Sequence record: NC_070874.1
Source of the DNA: Escherichia phage vB_EcoP-ZQ2
Strand: one strand, 5' to 3'
DNA: 64,000 nt
The notes beneath the pieces were generated by a model. It did not search any database. It had not been told where the DNA came from and saw nothing but the letters and a program-made list of their open reading frames with translations. Positions 10,272-22,624 of this stretch are shown here, one piece after another. Position 1 is the first letter of the stretch. Each line of letters opens with the position of its first letter. The translations under genes and the position numbers were made by a program.

Positions 10272-10758
10272 AGGTTGGCCTTATCTTCTGGTGGTGGTCC
10301 TGGGGGCCACCATTTACTTTTGGGGTAATTCCAATGGACAGTCTACTGTTCAAAAGAAGTGGGATGCCCAAAAGGTTGAAGACCAAAAGGCAACACAAAA
10401 ATTACAGGACAAATACAATGCTCTCCAAAGAAACCATAGTTATGAAGTCGGGTTACTCACTTCCCGGTTGCAGACGGCTGAGAGTAATTACGCAAGCGAG
10501 CTTGCTCGCGTTAGCAGTGATTATGACAGCCGGATGCAACAGTCTGAAAGACGAGCATCGGTATATAAACGTCAAGCCGAAGCCGGAACCTTTGAGTGCA
10601 GAAGTCTTGCAAGCCATGCAGCCAGACTCGACAACAGTCTTGAAGAAGGCAGACGTTTGGTTGAAGAACTCAGGGCAACTGTTAGACTCCGTGACAGCCA
10701 ACTAATTGAGTTGGGTAAACAGATTCAGGCTGACCGTAAACTTTTTGAACAGGAATAA
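10231..10758 (+). CDS. i-spanin (Rz-like)
   Basis: 175 aa; N-terminal TMD then charged coiled-coil region; overlaps endolysin end. Confidence 0.6.
   Translation: MCHWRRVMKMLISKGWPYLLVVVLGATIYFWGNSNGQSTVQKKWDAQKVEDQKATQKLQDKYNALQRNHSYEVGLLTSRLQTAESNYASELARVSSDYDSRMQQSERRASVYKRQAEAGTFECRSLASHAARLDNSLEEGRRLVEELRATVRLRDSQLIELGKQIQADRKLFEQE
10418..10705 (+). CDS. o-spanin (Rz1-like lipoprotein) embedded in +1 frame within Rz
   Basis: signal peptide ...[12 protein letters not shown] with lipobox-like Cys, proline-rich mature part; fully embedded in 10231..10758; start codon uncertain (10418 or 10442). Confidence 0.5.
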   Translation: MLSKETIVMKSGYSLPGCRRLRVITQASLLALAVIMTAGCNSLKDEHRYINVKPKPEPLSAEVLQAMQPDSTTVLKKADVWLKNSGQLLDSVTAN

Positions 10759-10760
10759 CT

Positions 10761-13031
10761 ATGGAACACCAAGACACTTTTAAGCCTTTACCAGACCCGG
10801 CTCAATCAGAGAAGTTAACGGACTGGAAAAAGGAACCAAGTATCCAATTACTGAAAGGTGATTTGGAATCAGCCAAACCTGCTCACGATGCAATCATGGC
10901 TCAGATTCGTGAGTGGAATGACTTAATGGAAGTCAAAGGCAAGGCTAAACCCCCAAAGGTTAAAGGACGTTCACAAGTCCAACCTAGACTGGTTCGCCGT
11001 CAGGCAGAATGGCGTTATGCACCATTATCCGAACCATTCCTCTCATCCAATAAACTCTTTAAAGTAACCCCTGTTACTTTTGAAGATGAGTTAGCTGCAC
11101 GTCAGAATGAACTAGTTCTTAACTACCAATTCCGTACTCAGCTTAATAAAGTAAAACTAGTAGACGATTACGTTCACAGTGTCGTAGATGATGGTACTGG
11201 TATTGCTCGCATTGGTTGGGAACGTAAGACTGTTAAGATTAAAACAGAAACACCAGTCTTCCAGTTGTATCCAATTGAGAACCAGGAACAAGCAGATATT
11301 CTTCAACGGGCTTTGCAGCTTCAGGCAGAGAATCCTCGTGAGTATGATGAAACAATGCCTGAAGATATTAAGGAAGCTGTTAACTACTTCAATGAAACTG
11401 GAGAAGCTACCTATGCAATCCAGACTGGAGTTACTGAAGTAGAGGTAGAGAAAGCACTGGTTAACAGACCTACTGTTGAAATGCTTAATCCCAATAACGT
11501 AGTTATTGACCCAAGCTGTAATGGAGACTTGGACAAGGCTCTGTATGCAGTTATCTCATTTGAGACTTGCAAAGCAGACCTAATGAAGAACAAGGACCGT
11601 TACCACAACCTGGATAAGATTGACTGGGAAAGTTCTAGTCCTATGACTGACCCAGACCATGAAAGTAAAACTCCTGGTGATTTCCAGTTTAAGGATGCAC
11701 TTCGTAAGAAAGTAGTTGCTTATGAATACTGGGGATTTTATGACATTAACGATGATGGTTCACTGGAACCAATTGTTGCTACCTGGATTGGTTCTACTCT
11801 TATCCGTATGGAGAAGAACCCATTCCCGGATGGTAAGTTACCTCTGGTAGTTGTTCCTTACATGCCACGTAAACGTGAACTCTTTGGTGAGGCTGATGCC
11901 GAACTGTTAGGAGATAACCAAGCAATTCTTGGTGCAACTATGCGTGGGATGATTGACCTGTTGGGTCGAAGTGCAAATGGTCAACGAGGGTATCCTAAAG
12001 GGATGTTAGATACTCTGAACCGACGTCGATATGATGATGGACAAGACTATGAATACAACCCAATGCAAGGCAATCCTAGTCAGGCCATTATGGAACATAA
12101 GTTCCCTGAGTTACCTCAGTCGGCAATAATAATGACTCAGATGCAAAACCAGGAAGCAGAAGCACTAACTGGTGTTAAAGCATTTTCTGGTGGTGTAACT
12201 GGTGCAGCTTACGGAGATGTGGCTGCTGGTATTCGTGGTGCACTTGATGCAGCATCCAAACGTGAGATGGCAATCCTTCGTCGATTAGCTAAGGGTATGG
12301 CAGACATTGGTACTAAGATTTGTGCAATGAATGCTGTGTTCTTATCAGAAAAGGAAGTAGTACGTATTACTAATGAGCAGTATGTAGAAATTAACCGTGA
12401 AGACCTTAAAGGTAATTTCGACATTGAGGTTGATATTAACACTGCTGAAATTGATAACCAGAAGTCCCAAGACTTGAGCTTCATGGTTCAAACATTAGGT
12501 AATACAGTTGACCAGACTATTACGTTATCTCTTGTAGCTAAGATTGCAGAACTTAAACGTATGCCTGACCTTGCTCATGAATTACGTACCTGGAAACCAC
12601 AGCCAGACCCTATGGAAGAACAGCTTAAGCAATTAGCAATTCAGAAAGCACAGCTTGAGAATGAAGAGTTGAAAAGTAAAATTGCACTCAATAATGCTAA
12701 GGCTAAAGAAGCTATTTCTAGTGGTGACCTTAAAGACCTGGATTATCTGGAACAGGAATCTGGTACTAAACATGCTCGTGATATGGAAAAACAAAAAGCA
12801 CAATCTCAAGGAAACCAGAACCTTCAAATAACTAAGGCGTTGACAACACCTACTAAAGAAGGTGAAACTACCCCCAACATATCTGCTGCTGTCGGATATA
12901 ACGCTTTGACTAACGGGAACTCTTTACAGGAACGTGACTTAGCTGCACAGCAAGACCCGACTTATTCACTTAGTTCCCAGTATTATGACCCTAGCCAAGA
13001 CCCAGCATCGGCTCTTGGTATGAACTTATAA
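10761..13031 (+). CDS. portal protein (N4 gp59-like)
   Basis: 756 aa, position between lysis cassette and scaffold/capsid genes. Confidence 0.65.
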   Translation: MEHQDTFKPLPDPAQSEKLTDWKKEPSIQLLKGDLESAKPAHDAIMAQIREWNDLMEVKGKAKPPKVKGRSQVQPRLVRRQAEWRYAPLSEPFLSSNKLFKVTPVTFEDELAARQNELVLNYQFRTQLNKVKLVDDYVHSVVDDGTGIARIGWERKTVKIKTETPVFQLYPIENQEQADILQRALQLQAENPREYDETMPEDIKEAVNYFNETGEATYAIQTGVTEVEVEKALVNRPTVEMLNPNNVVIDPSCNGDLDKALYAVISFETCKADLMKNKDRYHNLDKIDWESSSPMTDPDHESKTPGDFQFKDALRKKVVAYEYWGFYDINDDGSLEPIVATWIGSTLIRMEKNPFPDGKLPLVVVPYMPRKRELFGEADAELLGDNQAILGATMRGMIDLLGRSANGQRGYPKGMLDTLNRRRYDDGQDYEYNPMQGNPSQAIMEHKFPELPQSAIIMTQMQNQEAEALTGVKAFSGGVTGAAYGDVAAGIRGALDAASKREMAILRRLAKGMADIGTKICAMNAVFLSEKEVVRITNEQYVEINREDLKGNFDIEVDINTAEIDNQKSQDLSFMVQTLGNTVDQTITLSLVAKIAELKRMPDLAHELRTWKPQPDPMEEQLKQLAIQKAQLENEELKSKIALNNAKAKEAISSGDLKDLDYLEQESGTKHARDMEKQKAQSQGNQNLQITKALTTPTKEGETTPNISAAVGYNALTNGNSLQERDLAAQQDPTYSLSSQYYDPSQDPASALGMNL

Positions 13032-13044
13032 GGCAGACCTTCAC

Positions 13045-13389
13045 ATGAGTAAAGAATCAACAATCGCAGGACTGGAACATCGACTTGAAGCTGCTAAAGG
13101 TGCAGTTGCACACGCAGAAGATGTACGTAAACTTCTGGAGAATCCACTGTTCCGTAAAGTAATCCTTCGCCAGTTCTGTGTAGAAGATTGTGCACGTTAC
13201 GTGCAGGAGTCTGGTGACCCACTGCTTGAACCGAATAACCGTGCAGATGCACTGAACATGGCACAAGCTGCTGGTCACTTACGTCGTTGGCTCGACCTCG
13301 CCATTCGTATGGGTGAGAATGAAGCTGACGTTATTCTTCAGGTAGAAGAAGAACTCGATGCAGTTCGTGCTGAGCCTGAAGACGAATAA
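13045..13389 (+). CDS. hypothetical protein
   Basis: 114-aa ORF in head-morphogenesis block. Confidence 0.45.
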   Translation: MSKESTIAGLEHRLEAAKGAVAHAEDVRKLLENPLFRKVILRQFCVEDCARYVQESGDPLLEPNNRADALNMAQAAGHLRRWLDLAIRMGENEADVILQVEEELDAVRAEPEDE

Positions 13390-13408
13390 TTAACCGGAGA
13401 TATTTCCT

Positions 13409-14629
13409 ATGACTACGGAAGCTGCAACCACAGCTTCCGACATTCTCGCAATGTCGGATGATGAGATTCTGAATATGGAAGCCCCAGCAATTATTGCTGA
13501 GGAAGATACTTCCACTCAGAACAACCCAGAAACCAACGGCGTACAGACTCCTGATGAAGAAGTTGACACCTCTGCTGTTGAAGACCTACCAACCGAAGAA
13601 ACCTTCCCTGAAACTGAGCCAGTTGAAGATGATTCAGCAAATTCTTTAACTTCTGATAAAGTTGATGATAAAGTTGTTGACACAGAAGTTGATAGTAACG
13701 GTAAGCCGATTACTGAAGCTGAACCTTCTACTGCTGAACCAGGCCAGGAACAGAAAGAAGAAGGCAAACAGTCTGAAGGTCTGCCTGCTGACTTCAACTA
13801 TAAGGAAGGTTATGAGAAGTTGATGGCTCCTTTTAAAGCTAACGGCAAAATGATTACTCCCCGTTCACCGGAGGAGGCCATTAGCCTGATGCAGATGGGT
13901 GCTAACTATACTCGTAAGATGCAAGAACTACAGCCGTACCGTAAGGTAATGCTGATGCTACAGAACAACGGTTTAATGGATGAGGAAAAACTTTCTTTCC
14001 TGATTGACCTGGATAAGAAGAATCCTGAAGCCATTAAAAAGTTGTTGAAAGACTCTGGTACAGATCCTCTGGACTTTAATCCTGATGAGGAAATTAACTA
14101 CCAGGGTGGCAAACACCGTGTTACAGACACCGAAGCAGATTTTGCAACCGAAATTGACGACTTAAAGTCTACTCAAGAAGGACAAGCTACATTAGGTGTT
14201 ATTAGCTCGACATGGGATGCTGCCAGTAAAGATGCTCTTTATCAGAATCGTGGCTTACTCCACACCATTCACGAACAACGTGAGAATGGTATTTATGACA
14301 CCATTGCTAATGAAGTGAATCGTCTTCAGGTGTTAGGTCAGATTCCGGTAGGTACTCCGTTTATTCAGGCTTATAACTACGTTGGTAACCTCCTTGCACA
14401 ACAGGGAGCATTTAACCAAGTGGCTAAGCCTGAACCAGTACAAGCAGTTAAACCAGCTGTTCAGCCGGTAGTGCGTGTAGCACGGCCTAAGCAGACTCTG
14501 GCTAACAGTGAGCAAGCTAAAGCAGCTTCCCTTAATCGGGCTGCTACACGTAAAGCTACACCTATTGTAAACCCACTCGCTATGAGTGACGAAGATTTCG
14601 CTAAACTCCCAGTACCGGGTAGTCTTTAA
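13409..14629 (+). CDS. putative scaffolding protein
   Basis: 406 aa, highly acidic low-complexity N-terminus, immediately upstream of major capsid gene. Confidence 0.45.
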   Translation: MTTEAATTASDILAMSDDEILNMEAPAIIAEEDTSTQNNPETNGVQTPDEEVDTSAVEDLPTEETFPETEPVEDDSANSLTSDKVDDKVVDTEVDSNGKPITEAEPSTAEPGQEQKEEGKQSEGLPADFNYKEGYEKLMAPFKANGKMITPRSPEEAISLMQMGANYTRKMQELQPYRKVMLMLQNNGLMDEEKLSFLIDLDKKNPEAIKKLLKDSGTDPLDFNPDEEINYQGGKHRVTDTEADFATEIDDLKSTQEGQATLGVISSTWDAASKDALYQNRGLLHTIHEQRENGIYDTIANEVNRLQVLGQIPVGTPFIQAYNYVGNLLAQQGAFNQVAKPEPVQAVKPAVQPVVRVARPKQTLANSEQAKAASLNRAATRKATPIVNPLAMSDEDFAKLPVPGSL

Positions 14630-14645
14630 ACAGGAATGAGATGAT

Positions 14646-15848
14646 ATGTTAAACTATAACGCTCCAATTGACGGTCAGAAATCTAGCATTGATGGTGCTG
14701 GTTCCGACCAGATGAATACCTATTACTGGCTGAAGAAGGCTATTATTCAGTCCCGTAAAGACCAGTATTTCATGCCTCTGGCTAACACTGTTAACATGCC
14801 GAAGAACTACGGTAAGACTGTTAAGGTGTATGAGTACGTTCCTCTGCTCGACGATAAGAACATTAATGACCAGGGTATTGATGCTAATGGTGCTACCATC
14901 GTTAACGGTAACCTGTATGGTTCTTCCAAAGACGTTGGTAACATTACTTCTAAACTGCCTCTGCTGTCAGAGAACGGTGGTCGTGTTAACCGTGTAGGCT
15001 TTACTCGTCTGGCTCGTGAAGGTTCTATTCATAAGTTCGGTTTCTTCTACGAATTTACCCAAGAGTCTCTGGACTTTGATTCTGATGACCAACTGAAAGA
15101 ACACCTGTCTCGTGAACTGATGAACGGTGCTGTACAGTTGACTGAAGCTGTTCTCCAGAAAGACCTGCTGGCTGCTGCTGGTACTGTACTGTATGCAGGT
15201 GCTGCTGTCTCTGATGCTACCATTACTGGTGAAGGTTCTACCCCGTCTGTAGTTTCTTATAAGAACCTGATGCGTCTTGACCAGATTCTTACTGAGAACC
15301 GTACCCCGACCCAGACTACTATCATCACTGGTTCTAAACTGACAGATACCAAAGTACTTGGTGGTACTCGTGTAATGTACGTTGGTTCTGAACTGGTTCC
15401 AGAACTGAAAGCGATGAAAGACCTGTTCGGTAACAAAGCATTCATCGAAGTTCAGCACTATGCTGATGCTGGTACTCTGATGAATGGTGAAATTGGTTGT
15501 ATTGATAAGTTCCGTATTATCCAGGTTCCAGAGATGCTGCATTGGGCAGGTGCTGGTGCTCAGGTTGGCACTAACCCAGGCTATCGTTCTTCTATGGTTG
15601 GTGGTCAGGAACACTACGACGTATTCCCGATGCTGGTAGTTGGTGATGATTCCTTCTCTACCATTGGTTTCCAGACTGATGGTAAGTCTGTTAAGTTCAC
15701 CATCATGACTAAGATGCCGGGTAAAGAAACTGCTGACCGTAATGACCCGTATGGTGAAACTGGTTTCAGTTCTATCAAGTGGTACTATGGTATTCTGGTT
15801 AAACGCCCAGAACGTCTGGCTCTGATTAAGACTGTTGCTCCTCTGTAA
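14646..15848 (+). CDS. major capsid protein (N4 gp56-like)
   Basis: 400 aa; strong codon bias typical of a highly expressed gene; followed by hairpin; position after portal/scaffold. Confidence 0.7.
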   Translation: MLNYNAPIDGQKSSIDGAGSDQMNTYYWLKKAIIQSRKDQYFMPLANTVNMPKNYGKTVKVYEYVPLLDDKNINDQGIDANGATIVNGNLYGSSKDVGNITSKLPLLSENGGRVNRVGFTRLAREGSIHKFGFFYEFTQESLDFDSDDQLKEHLSRELMNGAVQLTEAVLQKDLLAAAGTVLYAGAAVSDATITGEGSTPSVVSYKNLMRLDQILTENRTPTQTTIITGSKLTDTKVLGGTRVMYVGSELVPELKAMKDLFGNKAFIEVQHYADAGTLMNGEIGCIDKFRIIQVPEMLHWAGAGAQVGTNPGYRSSMVGGQEHYDVFPMLVVGDDSFSTIGFQTDGKSVKFTIMTKMPGKETADRNDPYGETGFSSIKWYYGILVKRPERLALIKTVAPL

Positions 15849-15865
15849 TAGTCCGAAATAAAACA

Positions 15866-15888
15866 AGGGGGACATAAGTCCCCCTCTT
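15866..15888 (+). terminator. hairpin terminator after capsid gene
   Basis: AGGGGGAC-ATAA-GTCCCCCT, weak U-tract. Confidence 0.45.
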
Positions 15889-15915
15889 AATAAAACTAAA
15901 TGAACCACAGGAAAT

Positions 15916-16554
15916 ATGAACATGAGCATTAACGATAAACCGACCACTGACGTAGAAGTGAACGTACAGGGCAACGAAGATACCGTTAACGATATTGCAA
16001 TGCCTAGCGAACTTGAAGTTCTTAAGCAACGTGCAACGTTGATGAATATCAAGTTCTCTAACAACATTTCCGTTGAGAAGCTTCGTGAGAAGATTGAAGC
16101 TGCACAAGTAAAAGATGAACCAGTAGTAGAAGCTGCTGTTAACCCACTGGGTGCTAATCAGGAAGCAGGTGTTAAGAAGATGACCCTGGGTCAGAAGATT
16201 CGTGCAGAACAGACTCGACTGATTCGTGTACGTATCCAGAACCTTGACCCTAAGAAGAAAGATCTGCCGGGTGAGATTATCACCGTAGCTAACGAATATA
16301 TGGGTACTGTACGTAAGTTTGTCCCGTTCGGTGAAGTAACCGACAATGGCTATCATATTCCGTACTGTATCTACGAGTTCCTTAAAGAGCGTAAGTTCAT
16401 CAACATTACGACTCGTAAAGGTAAGAATGGCTTACCGGACATCCGTGCAACAGAAGCACGTGAGTTCTCCATTGAAGTACTGCCTCCGTTGACTGAAGCT
16501 GAATTAGCTCAACTGGCTCAAGCACAGATTGCTGCTGGTAGCCTTAACGATTAA
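15916..16554 (+). CDS. virion structural protein (N4 gp55-like position)
   Basis: 212-aa ORF. Confidence 0.45.
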   Translation: MNMSINDKPTTDVEVNVQGNEDTVNDIAMPSELEVLKQRATLMNIKFSNNISVEKLREKIEAAQVKDEPVVEAAVNPLGANQEAGVKKMTLGQKIRAEQTRLIRVRIQNLDPKKKDLPGEIITVANEYMGTVRKFVPFGEVTDNGYHIPYCIYEFLKERKFINITTRKGKNGLPDIRATEAREFSIEVLPPLTEAELAQLAQAQIAAGSLND

Positions 16555-16624
16555 CGTATAAGCTACAGTTCAACACGGCTCACTGGGGTAACTCCGTGGG
16601 CCGTTTCTTTTTGAACCGAGAGGA

Positions 16625-17467
16625 ATGATTATGTCTTGTTCTGCTGAGGTAGAAGCTAACCGACTCCTAGAAGAGTTAACTAAGGGTGATGACTTTACCC
16701 TTCCTGATATTGATATGTCCGGCCCTGAATGGGATATCCCAGGTGGAGATGGTTCCCCAATCTTTGGTGCTATTACTAAGATAACCAATGAATCTCTTAC
16801 TACCCGTGAAGTAGGTGGTAGTGGTACGTTTGATGCATTAATGGAATCTGCACATAATCACCTTAAAGCTGAGTTTAAGGCTAACCGTATTACAGGTGGT
16901 GAATATACCAAAGCGTATATTGCTATGATGGAATCATGCATGAGTAATGCTGTTCAGTTCTTACTTGGTCGTGACCAGGCATACTGGGCTGCTGCACTGG
17001 CACAGATTCAAGCAGTTACTGCTCGTGTTCAATTGGCAACTACTAAAGCTCAGTTTGTACTGGCTAAGATTCAGGCACTGTCTGCTAAGAGTGAATACGC
17101 TCTTACTAAGATGAAGATTGCTACTGAATCTGAGACATATTGTGCTGCATTGTTTAACGTTAATCAGATGTTACCTCAACAGCTTAAGCTGATTACTGAG
17201 CAAACCGAATCACAACGTGCACAGACACTGGATACTCGTACTGATGGTGCAGTAGTTAAGGGTTCTGTTGGTAAACAGAAAGAACTGTACTCTCAACAGA
17301 TTACTTCTTATCAACGTGATGCAGAAGTTAAAGCATCTAAGCTGTTTACTGATGCATGGATTACTCAGAAAACTATTGATGAAGGCTTGAATCCACCAAA
17401 TGGTTTCACTAACGCAAGTATTGATACCATTCTGTCCAAGCTGAAGTCTAACAACGGGCTGAACTAA
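16625..17467 (+). CDS. virion structural protein (N4 gp54-like position)
   Basis: 280-aa ORF, alpha-helical/coiled-coil rich. Confidence 0.45.
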   Translation: MIMSCSAEVEANRLLEELTKGDDFTLPDIDMSGPEWDIPGGDGSPIFGAITKITNESLTTREVGGSGTFDALMESAHNHLKAEFKANRITGGEYTKAYIAMMESCMSNAVQFLLGRDQAYWAAALAQIQAVTARVQLATTKAQFVLAKIQALSAKSEYALTKMKIATESETYCAALFNVNQMLPQQLKLITEQTESQRAQTLDTRTDGAVVKGSVGKQKELYSQQITSYQRDAEVKASKLFTDAWITQKTIDEGLNPPNGFTNASIDTILSKLKSNNGLN

Positions 17468-17468
17468 T

Positions 17469-20123
17469 ATGGGTTTATTCAGTGGGAAGACTAAAGTATA
17501 CGTAGCATCCTCTGTCTATAACATGGCAGGGGATATACATAAACGTCCTAACTATATGAAGACTGTAGTCATTGGCAATATTATTTCCAATACAGGATTC
17601 ACTATGGCAGACACTATCTCTGATAGTTATCTGAATGGGCCTGGTATTCGTATGCGATTGTTCTCCAGCTGGAGCAAGAACCACTATGATTCAGAAGTTG
17701 GTATGGCAGGCTCTTCATTAGGTGTACTGGCTAAGATTGACCCTACTGTTATAGAAGGTCAAATTACACCCCCTGCTGGAGAGTCTGTTTATGTTCAGGC
17801 AGCAGAGATTGGTTTTGCTGACTTTGAGCAATGGTGTGACCAGTATCTTTATGAGAATGCTCCAAGTCGAATCATGGAACGATTCGACATAGACATTAAT
17901 GAAGATACTAATGAAATTACGATGACCTCTTTAGATGGAGGTTCCACTATTACATTCACACCTACTAACTTTGAACCAGGTGCTTTATATCTCTATGCTG
18001 ATTACTCTTTCTATAAGTCTCCCTCTACCAATCCACCGGTAGTAGGACCAACTACTGTCTATGATAGTGAGGGTGACTTACCCTCAACTTTGTTATGGAC
18101 TACTGTCTCAAGTGATACGACAGCTAATACAGCCAATCTTACTAAGACTATACATACTCATTCCGTCTACTCTGATGGTAGACCAGATGAAGACAGTACT
18201 GTCACCGAACCAAGTGTAGATAACTGGAACTCTTACGTTAAGGTTTACCGTAGAGGGTTTACAGAGAAACCTAATGATGTAACTGTAGTTGTATCTGACA
18301 GAGTAATGACACATAAAAAGTTTGGTGAGATACAATCCAGTACTTCTGTAACTACCAATGTAGTTGATATAGGTGGAGGAGTTACTCGTACTGATACAAT
18401 TACTACAACCACAGAGACACTGGTTCGTAAGTACTCATCCCAGACTACTCGCACTGATACTGAGATGACTGCTGTTGGTACACCTAAGCTGCTTATCTAT
18501 AAGCAGAACTCTGGTAACGTTGCACTGGATTCACTGTTTAATACTGAGGCTACTGATAACCGATTCTATCCATTCATTCCAATCAGGAATGATAAGCAAT
18601 GGGTAGAGAACGACCCAATCTACCCACACTGTAAGAAAGCTCTTTATAAAGCTACTGGTGGTAAGCTCAATAATGTAATGACGGAGCTTAAGAAGAATAA
18701 AGACATAGGTGATATTCAGTACATTTATGGCACATTCGGTGTATCTCTTAATTCTCCTGAAGATACTGCTAAGGAATACATTTACCGTTTCTTTCAGATG
18801 GCTACTGAAGCATTTCCACCTGACCCAACCTACCCGACTTTGGAAGCAGTAATTGCAGGTTATCAGGCAGCTAATGATGCAGTTGATGCATACGTAGAAT
18901 GGTGGAACAGGACTGAAGGGCATACTATTGGAACTCCTCCACCACTGCCAGAATACCCTGTAATACCTAAACGAGAGTTTAGAGTGCATAGTAATAAGCA
19001 TTATAAATATGACATGACCATTGGTTGGAACTATGTGTCTGAAACTACACATTCAGGGCAAGCATGGGCTGGGGCTAAGCAGGGACAACTACGAGCCAGG
19101 TATGCAGGTGATATTACACTTACCCGTAAGAACATAAGGACAGCTTCTAACTCCGGTTCTGCTAAGAAACTCGAGGTAACATATACATTCTATTCAATGC
19201 AGGAGTATGAGTTACTTTGGCAGGACGGTAATAACACTTACCGTAAACTCAGAGTACTGGGCCTAAATCACTATAACAGGGTGTATAAGAATAAGTCAGT
19301 GCACATTGATGTTGCTGGGGCAATGGGTGATGCAGAAGAGAGTGGGTTCATTATCCCACTACACACTAACATTTATCGTTCCATGTCACTGGTTCGAAGT
19401 ACTCAGCTATCCACTGCCTGTTCCTACTTAGTGATGAACTCATATAAGAAGGTTAAGAAGAAATGGTATCAGACTGGGGCTTTTAAGATTGTTGTTGTAG
19501 TGGTCGCTGTGGTTATCTCTGTATTTACAGCTGGTGCAGGTGGTGCAGGTATACTTGGTGCATATGGTGCAGTTGGTGCATCTCTGGGTTTTGTTGGATT
19601 AGCTGCTGTGATAGTTGGTGCTGTAGCAAATGCTATTGCTGGAATGATTCTGGTATCCATTATCACTAAAGTATCCACTTCACTGTTCGGGGACAAGCTG
19701 GGCTTTATCATTGCTGCTATTGCTTCAATGGTAGCTATGAATGTTGGTACTGCTTTGTCTACTGGTACATCCCTATCTACCCTGGCAAGTGAAATGATGA
19801 ATGCCCAAAACATCATGCAGCTTACCAGTTCAGTAGGTAATGGTATTAGCCAGTATATTAATGCATCTACGGCTGCTACTATTCAGAAAGCAGAGAAAGT
19901 AATGCAGCAGTACAATACTGATATGATGGCAATCAATAAGCAGTATGAAGAGATGTTTGGTACTGCTGGGCAGGGTGTAATTGACCCAATGCAATTCGTG
20001 TCAATGGAGTCACTGGATTCATTCTTATCACGTACTCTTATGACTGGTTCAGATATAGCTGACCTGTCCTTAGATATGATAGGTAACTTCTCTGACATGA
20101 CTCTTAATACTGACTTAGTTTAA
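17469..20123 (+). CDS. internal virion / ejection protein with C-terminal multi-TM Gly/Ala-rich region
   Basis: 884 aa; C-terminal ...[45 protein letters not shown]... strongly hydrophobic. Confidence 0.5.
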   Translation: MGLFSGKTKVYVASSVYNMAGDIHKRPNYMKTVVIGNIISNTGFTMADTISDSYLNGPGIRMRLFSSWSKNHYDSEVGMAGSSLGVLAKIDPTVIEGQITPPAGESVYVQAAEIGFADFEQWCDQYLYENAPSRIMERFDIDINEDTNEITMTSLDGGSTITFTPTNFEPGALYLYADYSFYKSPSTNPPVVGPTTVYDSEGDLPSTLLWTTVSSDTTANTANLTKTIHTHSVYSDGRPDEDSTVTEPSVDNWNSYVKVYRRGFTEKPNDVTVVVSDRVMTHKKFGEIQSSTSVTTNVVDIGGGVTRTDTITTTTETLVRKYSSQTTRTDTEMTAVGTPKLLIYKQNSGNVALDSLFNTEATDNRFYPFIPIRNDKQWVENDPIYPHCKKALYKATGGKLNNVMTELKKNKDIGDIQYIYGTFGVSLNSPEDTAKEYIYRFFQMATEAFPPDPTYPTLEAVIAGYQAANDAVDAYVEWWNRTEGHTIGTPPPLPEYPVIPKREFRVHSNKHYKYDMTIGWNYVSETTHSGQAWAGAKQGQLRARYAGDITLTRKNIRTASNSGSAKKLEVTYTFYSMQEYELLWQDGNNTYRKLRVLGLNHYNRVYKNKSVHIDVAGAMGDAEESGFIIPLHTNIYRSMSLVRSTQLSTACSYLVMNSYKKVKKKWYQTGAFKIVVVVVAVVISVFTAGAGGAGILGAYGAVGASLGFVGLAAVIVGAVANAIAGMILVSIITKVSTSLFGDKLGFIIAAIASMVAMNVGTALSTGTSLSTLASEMMNAQNIMQLTSSVGNGISQYINASTAATIQKAEKVMQQYNTDMMAINKQYEEMFGTAGQGVIDPMQFVSMESLDSFLSRTLMTGSDIADLSLDMIGNFSDMTLNTDLV

Positions 20124-20136
20124 CAGGAGAATCCCC

Positions 20137-20580
20137 ATGGATTTATCATTTTTAACAGGCAACCAAACTCCACAGCCAGCTGCTATGTCTTGGATGTCTA
20201 ATAACAATCAGAACTTTAATACCCCGGCTATGAACTATAACCCTGGTGCAGCTATTGGTATGGGTACGAATTTGGGTACATCTGCCCCTACTTCTTTCAT
20301 GTCTGGTTCAGCTAATCAGTTGGGTCTGAACGTACCAACCTTCCAATTAGGACTGGGTGCACTTGGTTCATTAGCTAATATCTATAGTGGTTTCCAGGCT
20401 AATAAGTTAGCCAAAGACCAGTTGAACTTTACTAAGAGTGTTACTAACACTAACCTGAATAATCAGATTAAGTCTTATAACACTGCACTAGAAGACCGTG
20501 CTCGTAGCCGTGCTGTTGCAGAAAACCGTGACCAGTCTTCAGCTGATGCTTACATTGCAGCTAACAAATTAACCCGTTAA
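20137..20580 (+). CDS. hypothetical virion protein
   Basis: 147-aa ORF. Confidence 0.45.
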   Translation: MDLSFLTGNQTPQPAAMSWMSNNNQNFNTPAMNYNPGAAIGMGTNLGTSAPTSFMSGSANQLGLNVPTFQLGLGALGSLANIYSGFQANKLAKDQLNFTKSVTNTNLNNQIKSYNTALEDRARSRAVAENRDQSSADAYIAANKLTR

Positions 20581-20592
20581 TAGGAAACCATC

Positions 20593-22539
20593 ATGGCTCA
20601 GATTACATGGCGTAATGTTGATGCACCTAACTTTTCTGGAGTTGGTGACAGCATTCGCACATTTGGAAGCATGATTGGTAACGCCACCTCCGGCTTAAGT
20701 GATGCACTGGGTAACTTCCAGAACGCTGCCAAGCAGGAGGCTGGCAATGCCGTCATGATGAATGCTCTGCGGTATCAAGACCCTACTGAGTATCGTAATG
20801 CTTTGGCATCCGGTGCATTGTTTCAGGGGGTTGACCCTACACTGGTAAACCAACATACCCTCCAGAATCTGGATGAGCGAGCAGGTACTCTTCTGACTCA
20901 ACAAGGTCAGCAAGGAACCAATGACTACAACGCTTATAACTTTGGTCGCTTAAAGGATGTTAACTCTGCATTAGATAACGCATCCCCAGCTATTCGTTTA
21001 CTGTCTGAGGCTTATCAGTCTGGTGACCAGAATCGTATTAATGCTGCATTGAGTCAGACTCGTGATGCACTGTCTGCACTTCCTGCTGACCAACAACTGG
21101 ATATGTTGGGTCGTCTACAAGGGCAAGGTGGTCAGGCTATTAACCAAGCACAGAACCGCTTTGATTTGGGCGTGGCTCAGCGTAATGATGCTGATTCACA
21201 AGCTGCATCCGGTATACTGACGGACATCTTCCGTAGTGCTTCCACTCCTATGGATGCACTTACACAGGCAGAGTCTGCTATGCAAAATGCTTCCCCTGGC
21301 GTACGTGCTGCAATTATGCGAGGTGTGAACGAGAGATTCCCAGGTACTTATGCCACGTCTGCTTCTGGCTCTGCTCCAGGAACTGCTGGTACTCGTTCTG
21401 GTTCTCCTTATGATGCAACCTATACCTTTGCTGCTACTGATAAGCCTATTACTGAAATGACACTGGGTGAGGTTACTAATCATCAACAGAGTATGATTAA
21501 TAATCCATCACAAGGTCATTCCCCTGTAGGTGCGTTCCAGATTAATAAAGCTACTCTGGAAGACTATGCACCTAAAGTACTTGGTTCAGACTGGCGTAAT
21601 CAGCAAATGACTCCGGAAGTACAGGACAAAATCGCTGAAGCAATCTTCAATGACCGTAAGGGTGGTAACCTTTCTAAGACTTGGGCTGCATTGCCTGACC
21701 TGGGTGTAGGTGGTTATAAGGATATGCCTTGGAGTGAGGCACGTCAGTTAATTGCACAAGCGGAGGTAGGAGCACCTCTTGATCAGCAACAGACCCAACA
21801 AGTAGTTTCAAAAATGGCAGGCAATACAGTTGCTGCACGTCAGTCTGAAGATAATACTGGAACCATTACTGCTAACTATGCTCGTGCATTACGCGACAAT
21901 TCTACTATTGGTGAAGTAGCAGATCGTCTTCTTAAGGATGCTTTTAAAGGTTCTGAGAAAGGATGGGTGATTGCTCGACTGAATGATGTTATGCAGGAAT
22001 CCGGGCAGTCTCCTGCCGTAGCTGCTGAGATTCTTAAGCAGTCTACTACTAACGTACCTGAAGGTATGATTAGTCGAGCACTTGATGCACTTAACCCATT
22101 CATCTCTAATGAGGGTGGTGGTGGTATTCGTATTGATGATACCGTTGCCAGAGAACTAGCACGTTCAGTTCGTCGTGGGGAAGGTATTGAAGCTACTGCT
22201 CGTGATAATGTTCTTACACAGGTACAAGGTAATATTGAAAATGCTCAGAATCAGGTAAACCAGGCAGAAGCCTTGCTTATTGATACTCGCCGTCGTGTGG
22301 CTGCTGGGCAAAGAGGACTTGCTGCTACTATTCCTGCCCGTGAGGCTGAGTTAGTAAGAGCACGGGCTGCACTGGATGCTGCTGTTAATACTGTGGTAGC
22401 TAACCAGGGAAACCTGGTTCCACAGAACTTCCGTTCTAATGCTTCAGTAGAACGTGAGCGTAGTCGTGAAGACGAAGAACGGGCTAAACGTTATCGAAAA
22501 TTAGCAGAGGGTTTACCTCCCTATATGCAACCTCGATAA
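20593..22539 (+). CDS. internal virion protein (N4 gp51-like position); possible lytic transglycosylase-like segment
   Basis: 648 aa; segment ...GHSPVGAFQINKATLEDY...AIFNDRKGG... weakly resembles a GH23 motif. Confidence 0.45.
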   Translation: MAQITWRNVDAPNFSGVGDSIRTFGSMIGNATSGLSDALGNFQNAAKQEAGNAVMMNALRYQDPTEYRNALASGALFQGVDPTLVNQHTLQNLDERAGTLLTQQGQQGTNDYNAYNFGRLKDVNSALDNASPAIRLLSEAYQSGDQNRINAALSQTRDALSALPADQQLDMLGRLQGQGGQAINQAQNRFDLGVAQRNDADSQAASGILTDIFRSASTPMDALTQAESAMQNASPGVRAAIMRGVNERFPGTYATSASGSAPGTAGTRSGSPYDATYTFAATDKPITEMTLGEVTNHQQSMINNPSQGHSPVGAFQINKATLEDYAPKVLGSDWRNQQMTPEVQDKIAEAIFNDRKGGNLSKTWAALPDLGVGGYKDMPWSEARQLIAQAEVGAPLDQQQTQQVVSKMAGNTVAARQSEDNTGTITANYARALRDNSTIGEVADRLLKDAFKGSEKGWVIARLNDVMQESGQSPAVAAEILKQSTTNVPEGMISRALDALNPFISNEGGGGIRIDDTVARELARSVRRGEGIEATARDNVLTQVQGNIENAQNQVNQAEALLIDTRRRVAAGQRGLAATIPAREAELVRARAALDAAVNTVVANQGNLVPQNFRSNASVERERSREDEERAKRYRKLAEGLPPYMQPR

Positions 22540-22556
22540 AATCTTACATACTAATA

Positions 22557-22580
22557 AAGCCCCATCCGGGGCTTTTCTCT
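22557..22580 (+). terminator. rho-independent terminator
   Basis: AAAGCCCC-ATCC-GGGGCTTT plus T-run. Confidence 0.6.
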
Positions 22581-22624
22581 TACATTCACTTACTGTACAG
22601 TGAATCTTCTTATACGATATAAGT

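Noticed and set aside
651-22103. Many 60-175-aa antisense ORFs inside large plus-strand genes (e.g. 651..833, 1283..1795, 3358..3717, 7315..7662, 18531..19052)
   Set aside because: Fully embedded in the opposite strand of well-supported long genes, with no independent signals; treated as frame artefacts
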